Of a DNA stretch of 64,000 nucleotides, positions 49,590 through 63,411 are shown piece after piece. The DNA lies in NCBI RefSeq assembly GCF_009914755.1, contig NC_060928.1. One strand, written 5' to 3'. Position 1 is the stretch's first letter. Every line of letters begins with the position of its first letter. Made by a program: the position numbers and the translations under genes. This DNA comes from the human T2T-CHM13v2.0 reference genome, Homo sapiens. The notes under the pieces are model-generated. The model made no database searches. It was given only the letters and a program-made list of their open reading frames with translations, and had not been told where the DNA came from.

Positions 49590-52500
49590 GGAAGAACATA
49601 GTGTCAGGAGTCATAAATCAGGATATACTGAAGGATTTTTCCCACAGCTTCAGGAAATCTCTGGAAACCAAATTTTCCAGCAGAATAAGGGTCCCCCTCA
49701 CTTCCATTGTGCAGTCTAGAAATACCATCATGAATATATTTCAGGGCGCTGGGTAGGGCTTACTGCTTAAATATTTACTTGACTCTGGAATAGTGGCCAC
49801 CCAGGTCCCCAGACTATCACACCATTGCCATCTTGTGGGGTGAGGCAAGAATCTCCCAGTCCTGGAGAAATGAAGGGCTGCATCCTGGCAGCCATTTCAG
49901 ACATGGACAGATGTGCCACAGCCTGGGGTGAATGAACAAGAGGAGTGTAGATTTGCCTGATTTTTGTAAGAATTATTGTGATAGTTCCTTTACAGCACCA
50001 GATTTGACTACATGTGATGATATAACTTGATTACCAAGTAATATGCCTTTAAATATTGTTAATTATTGTTGAATCACCTTTCATTTTCTCAATCAGCGGG
50101 TACTGACAGTGTGCTGTAGGTGTCTGCATGATTTTGGTGTTTGCAAAAGAGATTTCTATTCTCTAGGAAGTTTGGAACCCTTGCCCTAGGCCAGCTCACT
50201 GAGCTCTGCCTGGATCTCTGCCATGCTCTGGTCTGAACTGACCTGATATGTGAGCCTAATATTTGTCCCTGAGGCATTTTCTGGAATGTGTTCTACCCTT
50301 GCTGGAGCAGAGTTCTCTAGAGCAGTGGGTAGCATCTTCTCAGGACCCAGAGGGTCTTCTACAGGACATTTTGAAGAGCAAGGCTGACCACCAGCCCTGT
50401 GGCACCATTTCCTCTAGTTGGATCTGAAGACCTGATTCTTTAAGGGAAGGAAACCATTTGCTTTTTAAAATTATGACCCCATTAAAAAAAGAAAGAAAGA
50501 AAGAATATGTCATATTCTAGCCCACAAGCAAGCAAAAGCTGAGGACAAAAAATATATAAAAAACAAAAAAATAAATGACCAAGCCTGGATGGCCTGAGGA
50601 AACTCAGGATGCTTCCCTGGCTTCCATAGGGCTTCTGACACCTTTTAGAAGATTGTTCCCCCGACATCCACCACCTTTATTCATGCCACCTACCCTGCCT
50701 CTTGAGGCCTCTAGATGCCATCATCCCGGATGCCTCTTCTGACCTACAGCTGTAAGGAGGACATAGACAGACACACGTGGTCTTTCACAGCCCACACCAG
50801 ATCAGGAAATATTTGGTTATGAGTGCTCTCTTATTTGTGGTTATTTCTTGCTTTTAATTTTGCAGCCGGCACCAAATCTCCTACTAGAGGATACTGCCTC
50901 ACAAGCTGACAGCTCTCAAAGAGGGGAAAAATGTCAAAACTCAGCAAATTGCCTGAGCTCATTGCTGGAAGCAATACAGGTTGTCTAATTAAAAGGTTGA
51001 CAAAAGCTTGGTTTCTTGGAGCAAACCTGAAACACAAACAGAAAAGCTGGTGGACCTGACCTGCCACCTTGTTATCTGCATCTCCTGGGTGCTGGCTAGC
51101 TCTCTTCCTCTTTTGTTGTGGCCTAAGTACTTATTTGTCTTCATTCTTGGGGCTGCTGCCATTGTGACCCCTTTAGGTTGTGGGTACCCATTTTGTGACC
51201 TGCATTTTGTGTCCATTGTGTGACCTGCATTTTGCCCCAGGAGAGGGTGTCAGGTTGAATCCGTGGATTCAGATACCGAGTCTGCTGAAGTCAGATTGTC
51301 TGACTACAATCCACCTGGCATCCATCAAAGACAAATAAACAAGTTGTGCTTATCACTGAGTTGCCTGGTGTAGCGAAACTATAAATTAGAAATATAACGG
51401 CCTCCTTCACAGTGTCACGTGGCTCAGGCAAGGCCCTGGTAGTCCTTGCTCTTAACTGCGTATATGTGTCTTTGAACGTCATCCATCATGGGATTAGCTT
51501 GGGTGCAAACTTTGTTTAATTTTGTCCTTTTACATTTAGAATATATGCATTGTTTATATTTGGCCTGAAAGCAAACAGGCCAAAAGATAAACAAGGGTTG
51601 CCTTTGTCTGGTAACTCTAGGCACTTTTTTTCCCCTTTGGTTTTATTTTATCCAAAGTTTCTATAATGAGGACTGAATAATGCCTATAATGTAGGAAAAC
51701 ATGAACAGTTCCTTTTATTTTTAAAATTTTGAAAATAAAAAATCCTAACTTAGGTGTACATGAGGGGAGCTGGAAGACAAGGGGAACTTAGTTGAAGGAG
51801 TAGGCAAATTCTGACTGTCAGATCGGAGCACCCCTGGGAGAAAGTCAGAGCCAAGTTGCCACTCCAGCAAACTGCCATCAGCCGTCTTTGCACCTCAGCT
51901 CTGTGTCCTGTCGGAGGCCTGCCTATTGCAGCTGCCAGGCTCAGCCTTCCTGCTGCGACAGTGCTGATCTTCTTGCAGGATTTCAAACCAAGGAGTGATG
52001 TTAGTGAAGTGCTTTCTCCCGCCTGCCCCCACCACACCCGTGCCAACTTTGCCTAAGGGAATCACAATCACAGGACTTCTAGAATGAAGGCTGTGGGGCT
52101 TGTCAGTTATTTTTAGATGCACCCTTTGACTCTTCCTACTTTTTCTAAGCAGTCTCATAGGTGAGTATGCTGGAGTAAGGTGGTTTTCCTAAGGGTTTTT
52201 GTTTTTTTAGAGTGCCTCAATCAATTTTTTGAAACAGAGGGCAGATCTGTGTCAAAATCTGTGTCCCTTTGACTAAACCAACCAGGTCACTCCCTTCCAT
52301 CAGTCCTAGGGATCTCATCTACACAGAGCCTTGCAGAGTTGACTGAACAGCATGGTTGTTTTTGGATCTACGTACACACAGTTCTAGTTAAAACATCAGT
52401 CCGTTCTGTAGGAAGATAAACTAGCCCTACTGATTGTTTGTGGCAAGTGTATTTGGATGATGATAATATTTGAACATTCCCTTTTAATCTGATTGACTTG

Positions 52501-53346
52501 GTACCTGAATTGAGACTGGGGATGGAAAAGCTCACCCAAAATACTCTGATTCCTTGATGTAAGAAAAGATCAACAAGAGCTCCATTCAAAGCACATTTTT
52601 GACCAAAGGGTTAATTTTTTTTTAATTTAGAAGTTATTTCAGAAAACTTATTCTATAGAATTTGAGAAAGTTAATTTTGAACTCTGAGAAAGCAGAGCCT
52701 TCATTTATTGTCTGCTTGCTTCTAAAATGGTTCTGCCAAAAGTTTTGCATACAAACACACTGTGAAGAGATAATAGTGATACAAGTCATGCAGCCAAGAA
52801 TCACTGGGGGAAATGCAAATCCGCTGGCTTTTCAGCTCAGAGGCAGCAAATGCTGAAGTCATCTCATATTCACCCGAGGCCCTCAGATCTGCACATCGAT
52901 ATATGAAATTGGAGGCTAATATGCAGATATTGATTTCTCTAAAGGGGAGTGTCAATATTTACAGTCCCAAGAGGTGGCAACTGACTGAAGCAAAACCAAA
53001 GTTGTGATGGCGACTGCCAAGGTCACGGCCGAACCATAACCCTGCTCTTCACAAGACAGGTCAGTGCCTCCACCCCCAAATAGTGCCAGATGATTTAGAG
53101 GGAAGGTGAAATTTTCATCTGGTCCCCTAGACATGACCAGTCCATCACTTCATATCCAGGTGTTGTAAAACTCCAGACGACTGACTAGATGTCCTCCATC
53201 ACATAAACTTAGTCAAATTAAAATCATCTTGGGCAAGGGGGGCTTTTTCAAATTAATTGTTCAGGACAACTCTTCCCAAAATTGTGATGCTACTATAGCA
53301 GTGCATGCCCCTTAGAAATATTGACATAATTTTCTAAGGAAACAGC

Positions 53347-53487
53347 AGTGATCCCTAACCCTGGCTGCTCATTAGAATCTACCTCCAGAGATTCAGAGTT
53401 AACTGATCTGTGCCAGGGTGCAGGCATCTGTAGTTTTTAGGAGTGCCCTTAGCGAGTCTAATGGGAGCTAGTGTCGAGGACCACTGG
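53347..53487. mobile_element. MER5-like hAT MITE
   Basis: TIR-like CAGTGATCC.../...GGACCACTG; 'ggctgctcattagaatc'. Confidence 0.7.
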
Positions 53488-53539
53488 TCTACAGGTTCTC
53501 CACCTCCCTTTCCCATTTCATCCCTGCTTCTCCACTAGC

Positions 53540-53910
53540 TACACCTCATATCCGAGTCTTATGTTTGCACTTACCTACTTTTTATGTTTGTGTATCTTTG
53601 CTCAAGTCATGTCTCTTGTGAGAAATTATCCACCCATATCGGGGTACTTATTCTTCCTTATATGAACCATTCTCTGAGTAGGTCCCAACTCGAATCACCT
53701 TAGAATTTTCCCACTTCTCCATGCCTCCAGCAAGCCATGCATCACACCAGGGCAGTTTCAAGTGGACAGACCTGTTTCTCCTGGAAGTGGGTGGGCTCCT
53801 TGAGGTGAGAGACCATGCCTTGCTTCCCTGGGTGCCTAAAGCATGCCCACCCAGCTTAGTGCAAGTCACAGTAGCCACTCTATCAATACTGGTTGCAAAG
53901 ATGGATGAAA
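53540..53910 (+). mobile_element. L2 3' fragment
   Basis: 'gggctccttgaggtgagagaccatgcctt...actctatcaatactggttg...atggatgaa'. Confidence 0.55.
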
Positions 53911-54778
53911 ATGCAGGTTCATGTTTGGTATCAGGACCTTTTAGAAATCAGGGAAGACTAGAATCATTTGTATATTTGAGGGTAGTCAGATTTTTTTTTT
54001 AAGTAAAAAAAAAATCCCAATTTTAAATTTGAGGTTCTTGGCGCATATGAGACCAGGGTCAAATGTCCCCCAGAACCCTCTCTTTATGATGTCGTCTTTG
54101 GATACCATCAGGATAACTCAGATTGGTTCAGCCCCAAGTGCCCCCAGTTACCTCGGTAACACATAGAATATAACTTTGTCCCCTAATGGGAAAGAATGTC
54201 AGATTTCTATGCCAACCAGAAGATGGATGGATGTCAAGACAGATGGTGGAAAAGTTGTGAGGTAGACTATTTATATTGGGTGGGGGGTTCTTCCTTTTAT
54301 TTCAAGACATGCCCCCACTTCAAATTCCTCTTTTTAAATTTTTTATGTAACTCATTATTGAGTGCAAAATTTTTACCACATGAATCTGCATCGACATAAT
54401 ATTTATCTTGTATACAAAAAGCAATGAAACAGAGCAGCAGGGTCAAAACAATGTCAGCATCAAAACTTTCAGGATTAATATCTGTGGACTGAAGAACATT
54501 CCAGAGACAACAGTGGTGCCTTGTTTGAAAAACTGCTGCATCACCAACACTGTTGATGGTAAAGAAGATAACTGTGTGAAAAATCACAGATTTTAACAAA
54601 GCATTTTAGAAAAGTTATACCCTAGGTGAAGAAGTTTTAGGAATGCCTTCACTCATGTATTTCGCTTATGATTTCCTTTTTGTGTATGCACAAAAGCTAA
54701 AGTAAAAAGTCATAGCCATGGTTCTTATTTAATTTACTATGTTTATTCTTACTTCATGATACATAAAATAGTGGTGTC

Positions 54779-55416
54779 TTTATTAGTTTGCCAGGGATGC
54801 CGTAAGAAAGTATCACAGATTGGGTGGCTTAAACACCACAGATGTATTTTCTCTCAGTTGTAGAGGCTGGAAATCTGAAATGAAGGTATTGGTAGGGTTT
54901 CTTCTGAGGTCATAGTTTGTAGATGGCCATTTTCTTTCTGTGTCCTCACGTTGTCTTCCCTTTTTGTGTGTCTGTGTCCTAATCGTCTTTTTTTTTTTTT
55001 TTTTTTTTGGGATAGGTTCTCAGTCTGTCACCCAGGCTGGAAAGGATCCTCTCACCTCATCCTCCCGAATAGCTAAGACTACAGACAGGTGCCACCACGC
55101 CCAGTCAATTTTTGTATATTTTGTAGAAACAGGGTTTTGCCATGTTGTCCAGGCTGGTCTCAAACTCCTGGGCTCAAGTCATCCACCTGCCTCAGTCTCC
55201 CAAATTGTTGGTATTACAGGCATAAGCCACTGCACCCTGCCCTAATCTCCTCTTCTTATAAGGACACTTGTCATATTGGACTAAGGCCCACCCCCCCGTC
55301 CTCATTTTCACTTCATGACCCCTTTAAAGACCCTATCTCCAAATATCGTCTTGTTTTAAACTAGGAATTGGGACTTCACATATGAATTTTAAGGGAACAC
55401 AATTCTGGCCATAACA
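54779..55416 (-). mobile_element. MaLR solo LTR (MLT1A/B-like) interrupted by an Alu
   Basis: 'tattagtttgccaggg...ggccataaca'; TSD GTGTC/GTGGC. Confidence 0.88.
54988..55241 (-). mobile_element. AluJ-like with internal deletion
   Basis: Poly-T; 'ctcctgggctcaag' J-type; part of right arm missing. Confidence 0.88.
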
Positions 55417-55519
55417 GTGGCCTTACAATTGATGGCTTCTTACTTTCAGTGAAATTTAAAGTATATACTTCAGAAGATTGTAATTATATTAAATGAGTGT
55501 CTGCAGCTGGAATGCACTC

Positions 55520-55660
55520 CCTGATCCTTAGCTGTTTATCATTACCTGTTTCATAGGGTGGTTGAAGGGACTAAATAAGATAGCACTTCCGAAGTCCTTA
55601 GCACAGAACCAAGTATATAGTGAGTGCTCAATGAATGTTGGCTACTATGATCATTATTAA
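55520..55660 (+). mobile_element. MIR 3' part
   Basis: 'tcatagggtggttgaagggactaaataagata...gtgagtgctcaatgaatgttggct'. Confidence 0.75.
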
Positions 55661-56710
55661 TTTGGAAGCATTTTCATATGAGTAAGAAGTTACTGAGAAA
55701 AAAAAAATCACAGTACTCTCTTAAAATAGGTAGTGATCTTTTTAAAAAATCTTAGAATTTGATGATGACTTTGAAAACCCTAGTGTACAATCAAGAAAGC
55801 ACTAAGTTGGCAGCCACGATTCAGGCATAATGCTTACAAGATTACTTTAATGTACAAAAGTGTTTTGTAATTACCTAATTGTCTGGCACCACTTCAAGTC
55901 CTATTTTTTAACCCCTTTAAGCCAGGCCAGAAACATTGCCAGTGAGTGTGACACAGTGATGCAAAATGCATTAAGCTTTTACAGCAGAGCCTCAAGACCC
56001 CCAATGGCATCAAGAGATTAATAATTGGAGTAAGAAAGATAGATGTATTTTATGAATAATTCAGTCTATCATTAGAAATTAGAAACTTGAGAGCCTTGCT
56101 ACATGGGAGAGTAAACAGAAGCTTGCCTTAATGGGTTATAATTTTAAAATGAGGAAGACTTTGCCAATTGTCACTAACGTAAGCTTCAAGCACACTTCTC
56201 AATGAAAAGAAACTCCCTAGAAATGAGGTCACCCACTGGGGTCAAGTTCAAGATAAAGAGATGAATACTTTCCTGCTCTGGTTTACCAACTGCTTCTTTG
56301 TCATCTTGAATAAAATAATTAACCGCTTTATAAGTAAACCTGTGAAGTTTTAAAGCCACACACATGTTTTATCTCTAAACCAGGCATCCTTCACCAAGCC
56401 ATACCATCAGATTGCTTCTTCCATCCTCAACACCCAGAGTTTTTCATGGAGTCTACCTTTATTAAAATTTCCCAACCAACCCTGGAGCTTTCTAATACTG
56501 TCAACAAAAGAAAACTAGTCATGGTAGTCCTAGGAAGAGTTTGTACATTTTGCGCCTGGCTTTAGGTGTGTAAAACTCCCATCTTTGCCTTCAAACTCAA
56601 AGGAGTCACTCAAATGATGGACATTTCCATTCAAGCCTGAGGGAAGGATTTTGTTAAGAAAATACTGTATAAGTCTGTACATTTCCATCTATTAAAAACA
56701 GGGTATGGAT

Positions 56711-57157
56711 CGGTGGCAGAGACAAAGCTGTGTGCTCACTAAACCCATTTCACGCTCTTCCTGGGAACATAGCAAAGCCACTCTTCCCAGTCTCCCTGTG
56801 CAGTCACTGGGGCCTTGTTATGAGTTCCAGCCAACTTAACGCATAACACTCTCAGGTCTAGACCTAAAGCTCCCAGAGTCATCCTGTCCTCTCTCAGCTA
56901 CCATCTTCCACCTGGATAATATGCAAGCTTGGAGACAAGAATGCTCCGGGCAACCTCCAGAGACAAGTACTGAAAATGGCAGAAGCACTGTTTGGAAGGA
57001 GCCTGGATCCTGAAGGTCTGCAGAGTGCATACTCTCCACCTTTACTGACCATATCACTTTGTCACATATGGGAGAAAGTCACTTTGACTGTGGTTAAGCC
57101 ACTGAGATGTAGTGGTTGCTTTTTTACAGAAGCTAGCTGTGTTTACCTTGAATACTA
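56711..57157 (+). mobile_element. Old MaLR LTR (MLT1H-like)
   Basis: 'gtggcagagac...cttcctgggaacatagc...ggaaggagcctggatcc...gttaagccactgagat'. Confidence 0.75.
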
Positions 57158-57289
57158 TAGGTATTGATTTTCCTGATAGGACTAATATAAGGATTAATTT
57201 ATTTGTTCGCTTTTTAATTTATTCAACAAGTATCGTTTCAAATCCACTACACAAGAGTCAGGCTGCTAGACACCAGTTCATGAAGTAGA

Positions 57290-57545
57290 GTCAACTGTGA
57301 TTCAGAGCTTGGACTTTGGAATCAAAATAGGGGTTCGGATCCTGCCTCTGTCACTTACCAGCTATGTGACTTTGAACATGTTACTTAATTTCTCTGTGCT
57401 TCAGTTTTTTCACCTGTAAAATAGGGGTAATAACACTATCTACCTCATGGGGTTGTTGTCCTAAGAATTAAATGAACTAATTAATGCATGCAAACTACTT
57501 TGTTCCTTATCCAGTGTATATCTCAATGAAACTTGATATTATTGC
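57290..57545 (+). mobile_element. MIR SINE
   Basis: 'ggactttggaatca...ctctgtcacttaccagctatgtgactttg...ctgtaaaataggggtaataac'. Confidence 0.88.
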
Positions 57546-58717
57546 AGAGTCAATTATTGCAAATCTCCAATTTTCTAAATTCAACATAAAATGAGCTGTT
57601 ATTAGTAGTCAAATTTATAAGTACATCGTACTTGTGTAGCCAAGAAACTCAAATCCAGTGATAACCCTTGAAGGGACTGAAGGAATGTGATCACCAAGGC
57701 AGGTTCCCAGCACCTGCTCTCCTTTGGATAAATAGGCATGCGCTCTGGCAGTGCATGCCAGAATATCTCATTTTAGTTAAGCAAAAGTATAAAGTTACTG
57801 GTGAGTTTATTTGAAGATTTGGAAGAAGAAGAAGAAGATAGAAAATGAAAATTAGAGGAGGTTTTCCTTACTTCAGGTTGCTGACACAAACATTTCCTTG
57901 GTTCTCTGGAGGCTTTTCCAGTGGGGTTGGCCCATTAAATAAATATATGTTTCTTTTTGCTTTTAGAAAATCCAGTAATGCAAACTCTTATGTTTATTTA
58001 ATATTTTCCTATTTGTTTTCCTAGCCAAAATAATGTCTGCTGGGCAGGCAGTTCCTTGAGAAGATCCAGTATACCCTGTCCTGACACAGAGTCAAGAGTT
58101 TTCAGGAAGAAAATACAAAATGCCATTTTAGAGAAAGAATTAGATGGGCTGGTATTCAGAGAGTCCATTAACCTGGAGTAATAGCAAAACACACACACAC
58201 AAAACAAAATAAAACTCTGGATAAATTGGCATTGAAAGACTCCAGGCCCAGAAAATACCTTTTAAAAACGTTTATAATATATATACTTCTCTGGGCCCTT
58301 TGTTCTGATTTCAATTGTCAGTAGCTAAAGAAAGTGAACTTTTATGATGTGAATTAAGGAACTGGAGAAAATGGGAGATTACGTTAAAACAAAAAGCTGG
58401 TGACTTGCTTTGGGAGAGAAGTAAAACCCAAACCAGGTTACAAATAAGCCCTCCTTGACTATGCACAATGCCCATGGGTTGTACCAAAAAAGACAGTTTG
58501 AGCAAAGATCTCAGGGCATTAAAAATGGGAAGGCTGCAACTTCCTAAAAAGCAAACCAGGCAGGTAGCTTAATCTATTTTCCATTACGAACTGAAAAGAT
58601 TGCATTGTCCCAAGCACCAAAAAAGGTCAGTGTGAACTTTAAAACTTCCATTTTATTTGTTCAGCACTTTGCATAGGACAGAGCCGTTTGTGAGCAAGAA
58701 AAACAATTTTGTGACTA

Positions 58718-59030
<313 letters not shown>

Positions 59031-59569
59031 AGAAAAGGGCTTGGGAACCAGCTGCCCCCTGTGGGATTAGATCCTGCAATTTCTGAAAAGTTTTTTGAAC
59101 ATTCTTGATTAAGGCGAACTAATCATGTTTACTTTTCAGTGGTCTTTCACTTTAAACAGAGTGTTTTCTACTTTTGAAGAAAGAAACTCTGTCTACCATT
59201 TGAAGTCAGAAAATGAGCTTAACAAACTGAGTTAAGGGGTTACCTTTTGAAACCAGTTTTCATTCAGATTGGGCCCAGCATTTCCGTAGCAGCCCAGGAC
59301 CCCCAGGAGAAAGGAAAAGCTCTGTTTTCATTTCATTCTCTCATGTCCATATTCCACCATAGTTGTGACTCTCTGGAGTTGTCTTTGGGGAATTTAGGAC
59401 TGATCAAGACCTTAAAAAGGCTATACAGCAACAGGAAACTCCAGAACAAATCCTTCCCAAGGAGAACTTTCCAAGCCTGGAAATAGCTCCTTCTCAACCT
59501 GACTACCTAACCACCACCATTGGCTGTTAGTGGAACTTCAACCCCAAGTTAGAAATTTGGTACCAGATC

Positions 59570-59830
59570 AGTTCTGTGTGTTTCATATATCACCTCAATT
59601 TAATCTTCACAATAACCCTAATAATAAATAATAAATATATGAGGCAAAACAATAATAAATATATGAGGCAGAATGATTATTATCCAATTCTATAGGTGAG
59701 GAAGCTGAGGCCCAGAGAAGTTGGGTAACTTACCCCAAGTCATACTGCTAGTCAGTGGCAAAGCTAGTATTCAAATGCAGAGAGCATGACCACAAAGCGT
59801 ATGAACTTAGCCACTAACTATATTACCTCT
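59570..59830 (-). mobile_element. MIR SINE
   Basis: 'tttaatcttcacaataaccct...gaggaagctgaggcccagagaagtt...ctagtcagtggcaaagc'. Confidence 0.85.
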
Positions 59831-61149
59831 CCTAACATCTGAAATCTTTAAGAGAAGAAAGAAGGTATCTCTGACATTGAAAATGCAGGCAAATTGATGG
59901 GGAGATTTTTTTTTTTAAGCAGAGTAGCACTCCTAGCACTCTTTATTTCACACTTTGCAGGGGCTCATCCATTCCTGTAAGACTCTCCTTGGTGACATCC
60001 ACAGGACTGCTGAGCTTCAAGTAGTTTCTACTGGGTCTCACAGTACACTTCCCTAGGACATCATTATCCTGGCAGATCAAGTACCATGGGAGGAAGCTGC
60101 TCTCAGTCCCTCCAACCAAATAAGCTATTCACATTTTCCAAGATCCCTGATTATGTGCCTGAATAGAAAATTTGGTTTCTGATTAATAAGCATCCTTGCC
60201 TTTATGCTTCTACAAAAAGCGTTTGTGCTAATAATGTGATGCTTAATAATGAGATGTCTGTCACAGGAAGGGAAATGGCAATGGGGAAACAATGATGTTG
60301 GGCCGAGTTTAAATGTCATGCTTTTAAAAAAACCTTCACCCCAAAGAGTCACACCGAAGTCACTTATGTGTGCTAAAGGTGTTGCAAAGCAGAGATTGTT
60401 TTTTTCTTTCCTGTTTCATTGGTGATTTCAGGGTGCTTTTGCATTTTTCAGAAGGGTCCTGGATCTGGAAGTGTCTAAGCATCAGGCTGGCAGAGCTTGG
60501 CAGAGTGACATTCCTGCCAAGTTCAGGACAAATCTATTTCTCCCTCTGTTACCATTAGAACCTTCATCTCTACATTTAGGACATGACACGTGCCAAACTG
60601 CCCAATTACTCCTTGCCTGTCATTAAAGTGTGCAGCTAAACACTGGGTTTGAGAATACATCATCGCAACTGTCTAAACACAAGCCCAAGTGTATTCAAGA
60701 GCCCCAGAGAGGATCAGGGTACAGGACTAAAACAATTCAAATGGGCCAACATTCAAAATGTCATATACAGTCATGCACAAAAAAAGGTTGTGCCTGTGGA
60801 GAAAACTGAATTGACATCCATAAAGCATAAAGGCATGAGTTTTGTGTTTTCTGAGCTTCTGGGAGGGCCCGCCCTCCTCTGCCTTGCCTGCATGGCTCAT
60901 TGCCTGTGAGGGAACAGTGAGAAAGGCTTTGTTTTGAAAGAAGCCTGGCCAGATAGATGACACTAGCCAAGTACCCTGGCAGTCCTGTAAACCAGCTTGA
61001 TTCCAGTCAAATCAGAGGGGACTGATAGAAATAGGAGGAGAGTGCTGGAGGGGGCAACTGGTTAGTATAAAAAATAAAAATAGCCATTTTGACTAAATTA
61101 TATTGGAGAATCTAAAATATAGAACCACTGCGAAGAGTAACCTAGCCTA

Positions 61150-61513
61150 TCTGGTCAGCATAGGTTAAGTTATGACACAGTAATAAGCAACTCTAGATTT
61201 GTGGTGGCTGAACCCGACAAAGGCAGATTTCCCAAAATACTCGTTGTTCATCACTATTCAGTAGAGAGGCTTCACTCATCATGCCCCTCATAGATCCAGG
61301 CTGATGGAACAGCCACCATCTCCAATACCATGCTTTCCTTTTCCAGAGGGAAAGAAAGCCCTGTAGGGTCTCAAAGTAGCAACTAAATGATCTGGCCTGG
61401 AAGTGATGTCATCTCATCTGCTCAAGATTCATTGGCCAGAATTAGTCACATGGCCCCAGCAACCACAAGAGGGCCATGGCGTGTACTGCCATCTACCATT
61501 AATGACTACCACA
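61150..61513 (-). mobile_element. Old MaLR LTR (MLT1K/L-like)
   Basis: 'ataggttaagttatg...ccaggctgatggaacagccaccatc...cattggccagaattagtcacatggcccc...gactaccaca'. Confidence 0.75.
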
Positions 61514-62264
61514 GCCATCCTAGGTCACATCTCTAAGCAGCAAAGTTGGAGTCCTAACTTTGCACGGTCTATGACTAACACAAAAGCAGGGGCTCACAGG
61601 CCTTTGGCCCAGCCTAGCTATAGAGTTGATCTAGGGGCCTCTGAGGATGGGGAGAGGCCCTTGAGAATGGGTTGCTTTCCACAGCCTAGAACTCTAGCTT
61701 TGGTCAGATACCCCATTCTTACTCCTGAAGAGGTCAGAATCCCTAGCTTAGTCCTACAATAATTGATCCCTTGCTTATCTTTGTGGAGTCCCCCAGATTG
61801 GGGAAAATTTGAAAACATATTGAATCCTTTGGACTCTTCCTGGCCCAGGTGCTCCTGCCTTCTTGGTAGGAGAAAAACAGATCCCCGGAGCAGGGGCTGT
61901 AGGGAACTATTTTCTGACATTGGTTCCAATCCAGAATTCCTGCAAGAGGTCTGTGATAGCTGCAGTATCTGTAAACTGCTAAAGAATACACCTTCCCAGA
62001 TGTGTATTGCTATTTTTAGAATGCATGCAGCAATTGTGATCCATAAAATATACATTCGATTTTAAAAAGGTACTGAGTTCATTTTATCATTGCACATTTT
62101 CTCAATCTGCAGCTCCTCAAAGCAATTTTTAGCATAATTTGGGAGGGGAGTGAGGAGTGGTGGTGGTCTGCCAGATTTTGTTTTGTTTTGTTTTTTGACA
62201 TTATAAAGATATAAAGAAGACCTTGTACTGTTGGAAATCTCTGCTCCCTGAATTAAAACTGATT

Positions 62265-62500
62265 TACATAGCGCCATTACCATATTACAGTATTCTGTAT
62301 TTGCCTATATATTTATTTTATCAGTGGCTTTTATGCTTTCGCATGCTTTCATATTGCTTAGCATCCTTTTGTTTAACTTGAAGAGCTTCCCTTAGCAATT
62401 TTTATAAGGTTGGTCTAGTAATGATGAAGTCCCTCAGCTTTTGCTTATCTCAGAAAATCTTTATCACTCCCTTATATTTGAAGGACAGTTTTGCTGGGCA
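62265..62500 (-). mobile_element. L1M fragment (ORF1 end / inter-ORF)
   Basis: 'cccttagcaatttttataagg...tccctcagcttttgctt...tttgaaggacagttttgctgg'. Confidence 0.75.
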
Positions 62501-63411
62501 GGTTAGCTGCATAGGGTGCTTTGTGAGGGTCTTTTTTCTAGGCTTCTCAGACCTTTTTGGTGAAATTTCTGGACAACTAATAGCAATATGTAAACATTTC
62601 AGTGGTTGCTTTTGAAGCTGATATTTGTCTTCTGAGAGAATTATCCCATTGAGAGTGGGATAAGGCAGGAGGATAAGTAGCATCTTGAGAATACCAGACT
62701 AAAGCTTCGTATAAATAGAACCACTGCCTGCTGGGAGGTCAGTGCAGGTAACATTTGGTCAAGGGGCATCAACAGAAGTACTAAATCAACAATTAGGGAG
62801 CTGGAATAGAGGGGATTATACACACAAACCCTCCAGCGCCCATTGCAATAACTAAATGGCTGGCATCACTTATTTCAGGTGGGTCAGAGTAATCTGCCCA
62901 AAGTTGTAAGTGGAGTGAAGGGCAGGTGAAGGTCAGGATTATAGCAATATTCCAGCCCATGATTTTCTGTCATGTTAGCACAAAAGATAAACCCAACTGT
63001 CTGGCCACTTTCATTTGTGGGTAGTTTATCACACAAGCTATGTCAAATAAACCAAGCCTCCTGCACCCATCACTGCCCCACCATATATGGGGCCAAGGAA
63101 AGTTTTATGTCCTGAAGGCCACTATTTGTGACCTAGACCCAAGGGAGCCCCCCTGCTCTGAACCTTGCTTTGAACCCTGCCTCATAAGGGGTCACCAGTG
63201 TGACTTCATAGCCAGTAAGGCCAAGGACATGACTTCTTGTGTTACTCTGAGTCCCCATGTGTCTTTGTAATAAGTTCACATCAGTTAGTTTGTGACTCTT
63301 ACTTTTGACTCTCTCCTTAGAGGTCTATCACCATTATTCATTTGCATGATGGCAGTTCTTTTTTCTTAATGGTATACAATGAGCAAAAACCAGAATAGAA
63401 ATTCCACCTTT

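Larger units (their letters stand above)
54400..55460 (+). mobile_element. TcMar-Tc2 (Kanga/MER104-like) transposon 3' remnant, interrupted
   Basis: ORF 54408 contains KNIPETTVVPCLKNCCITNTVDGKED, like pogo/Tc2 transposase C-termini; terminal 'cttacaattgatggcttctta...tgaaat' resumes after the LTR. Confidence 0.7.

Noticed and set aside
57735-57762. GGCATGC...GCATGCC inverted repeat resembling p53 half-sites
   Set aside because: Half-sites are mismatched and separated; a short stem like this is expected by chance
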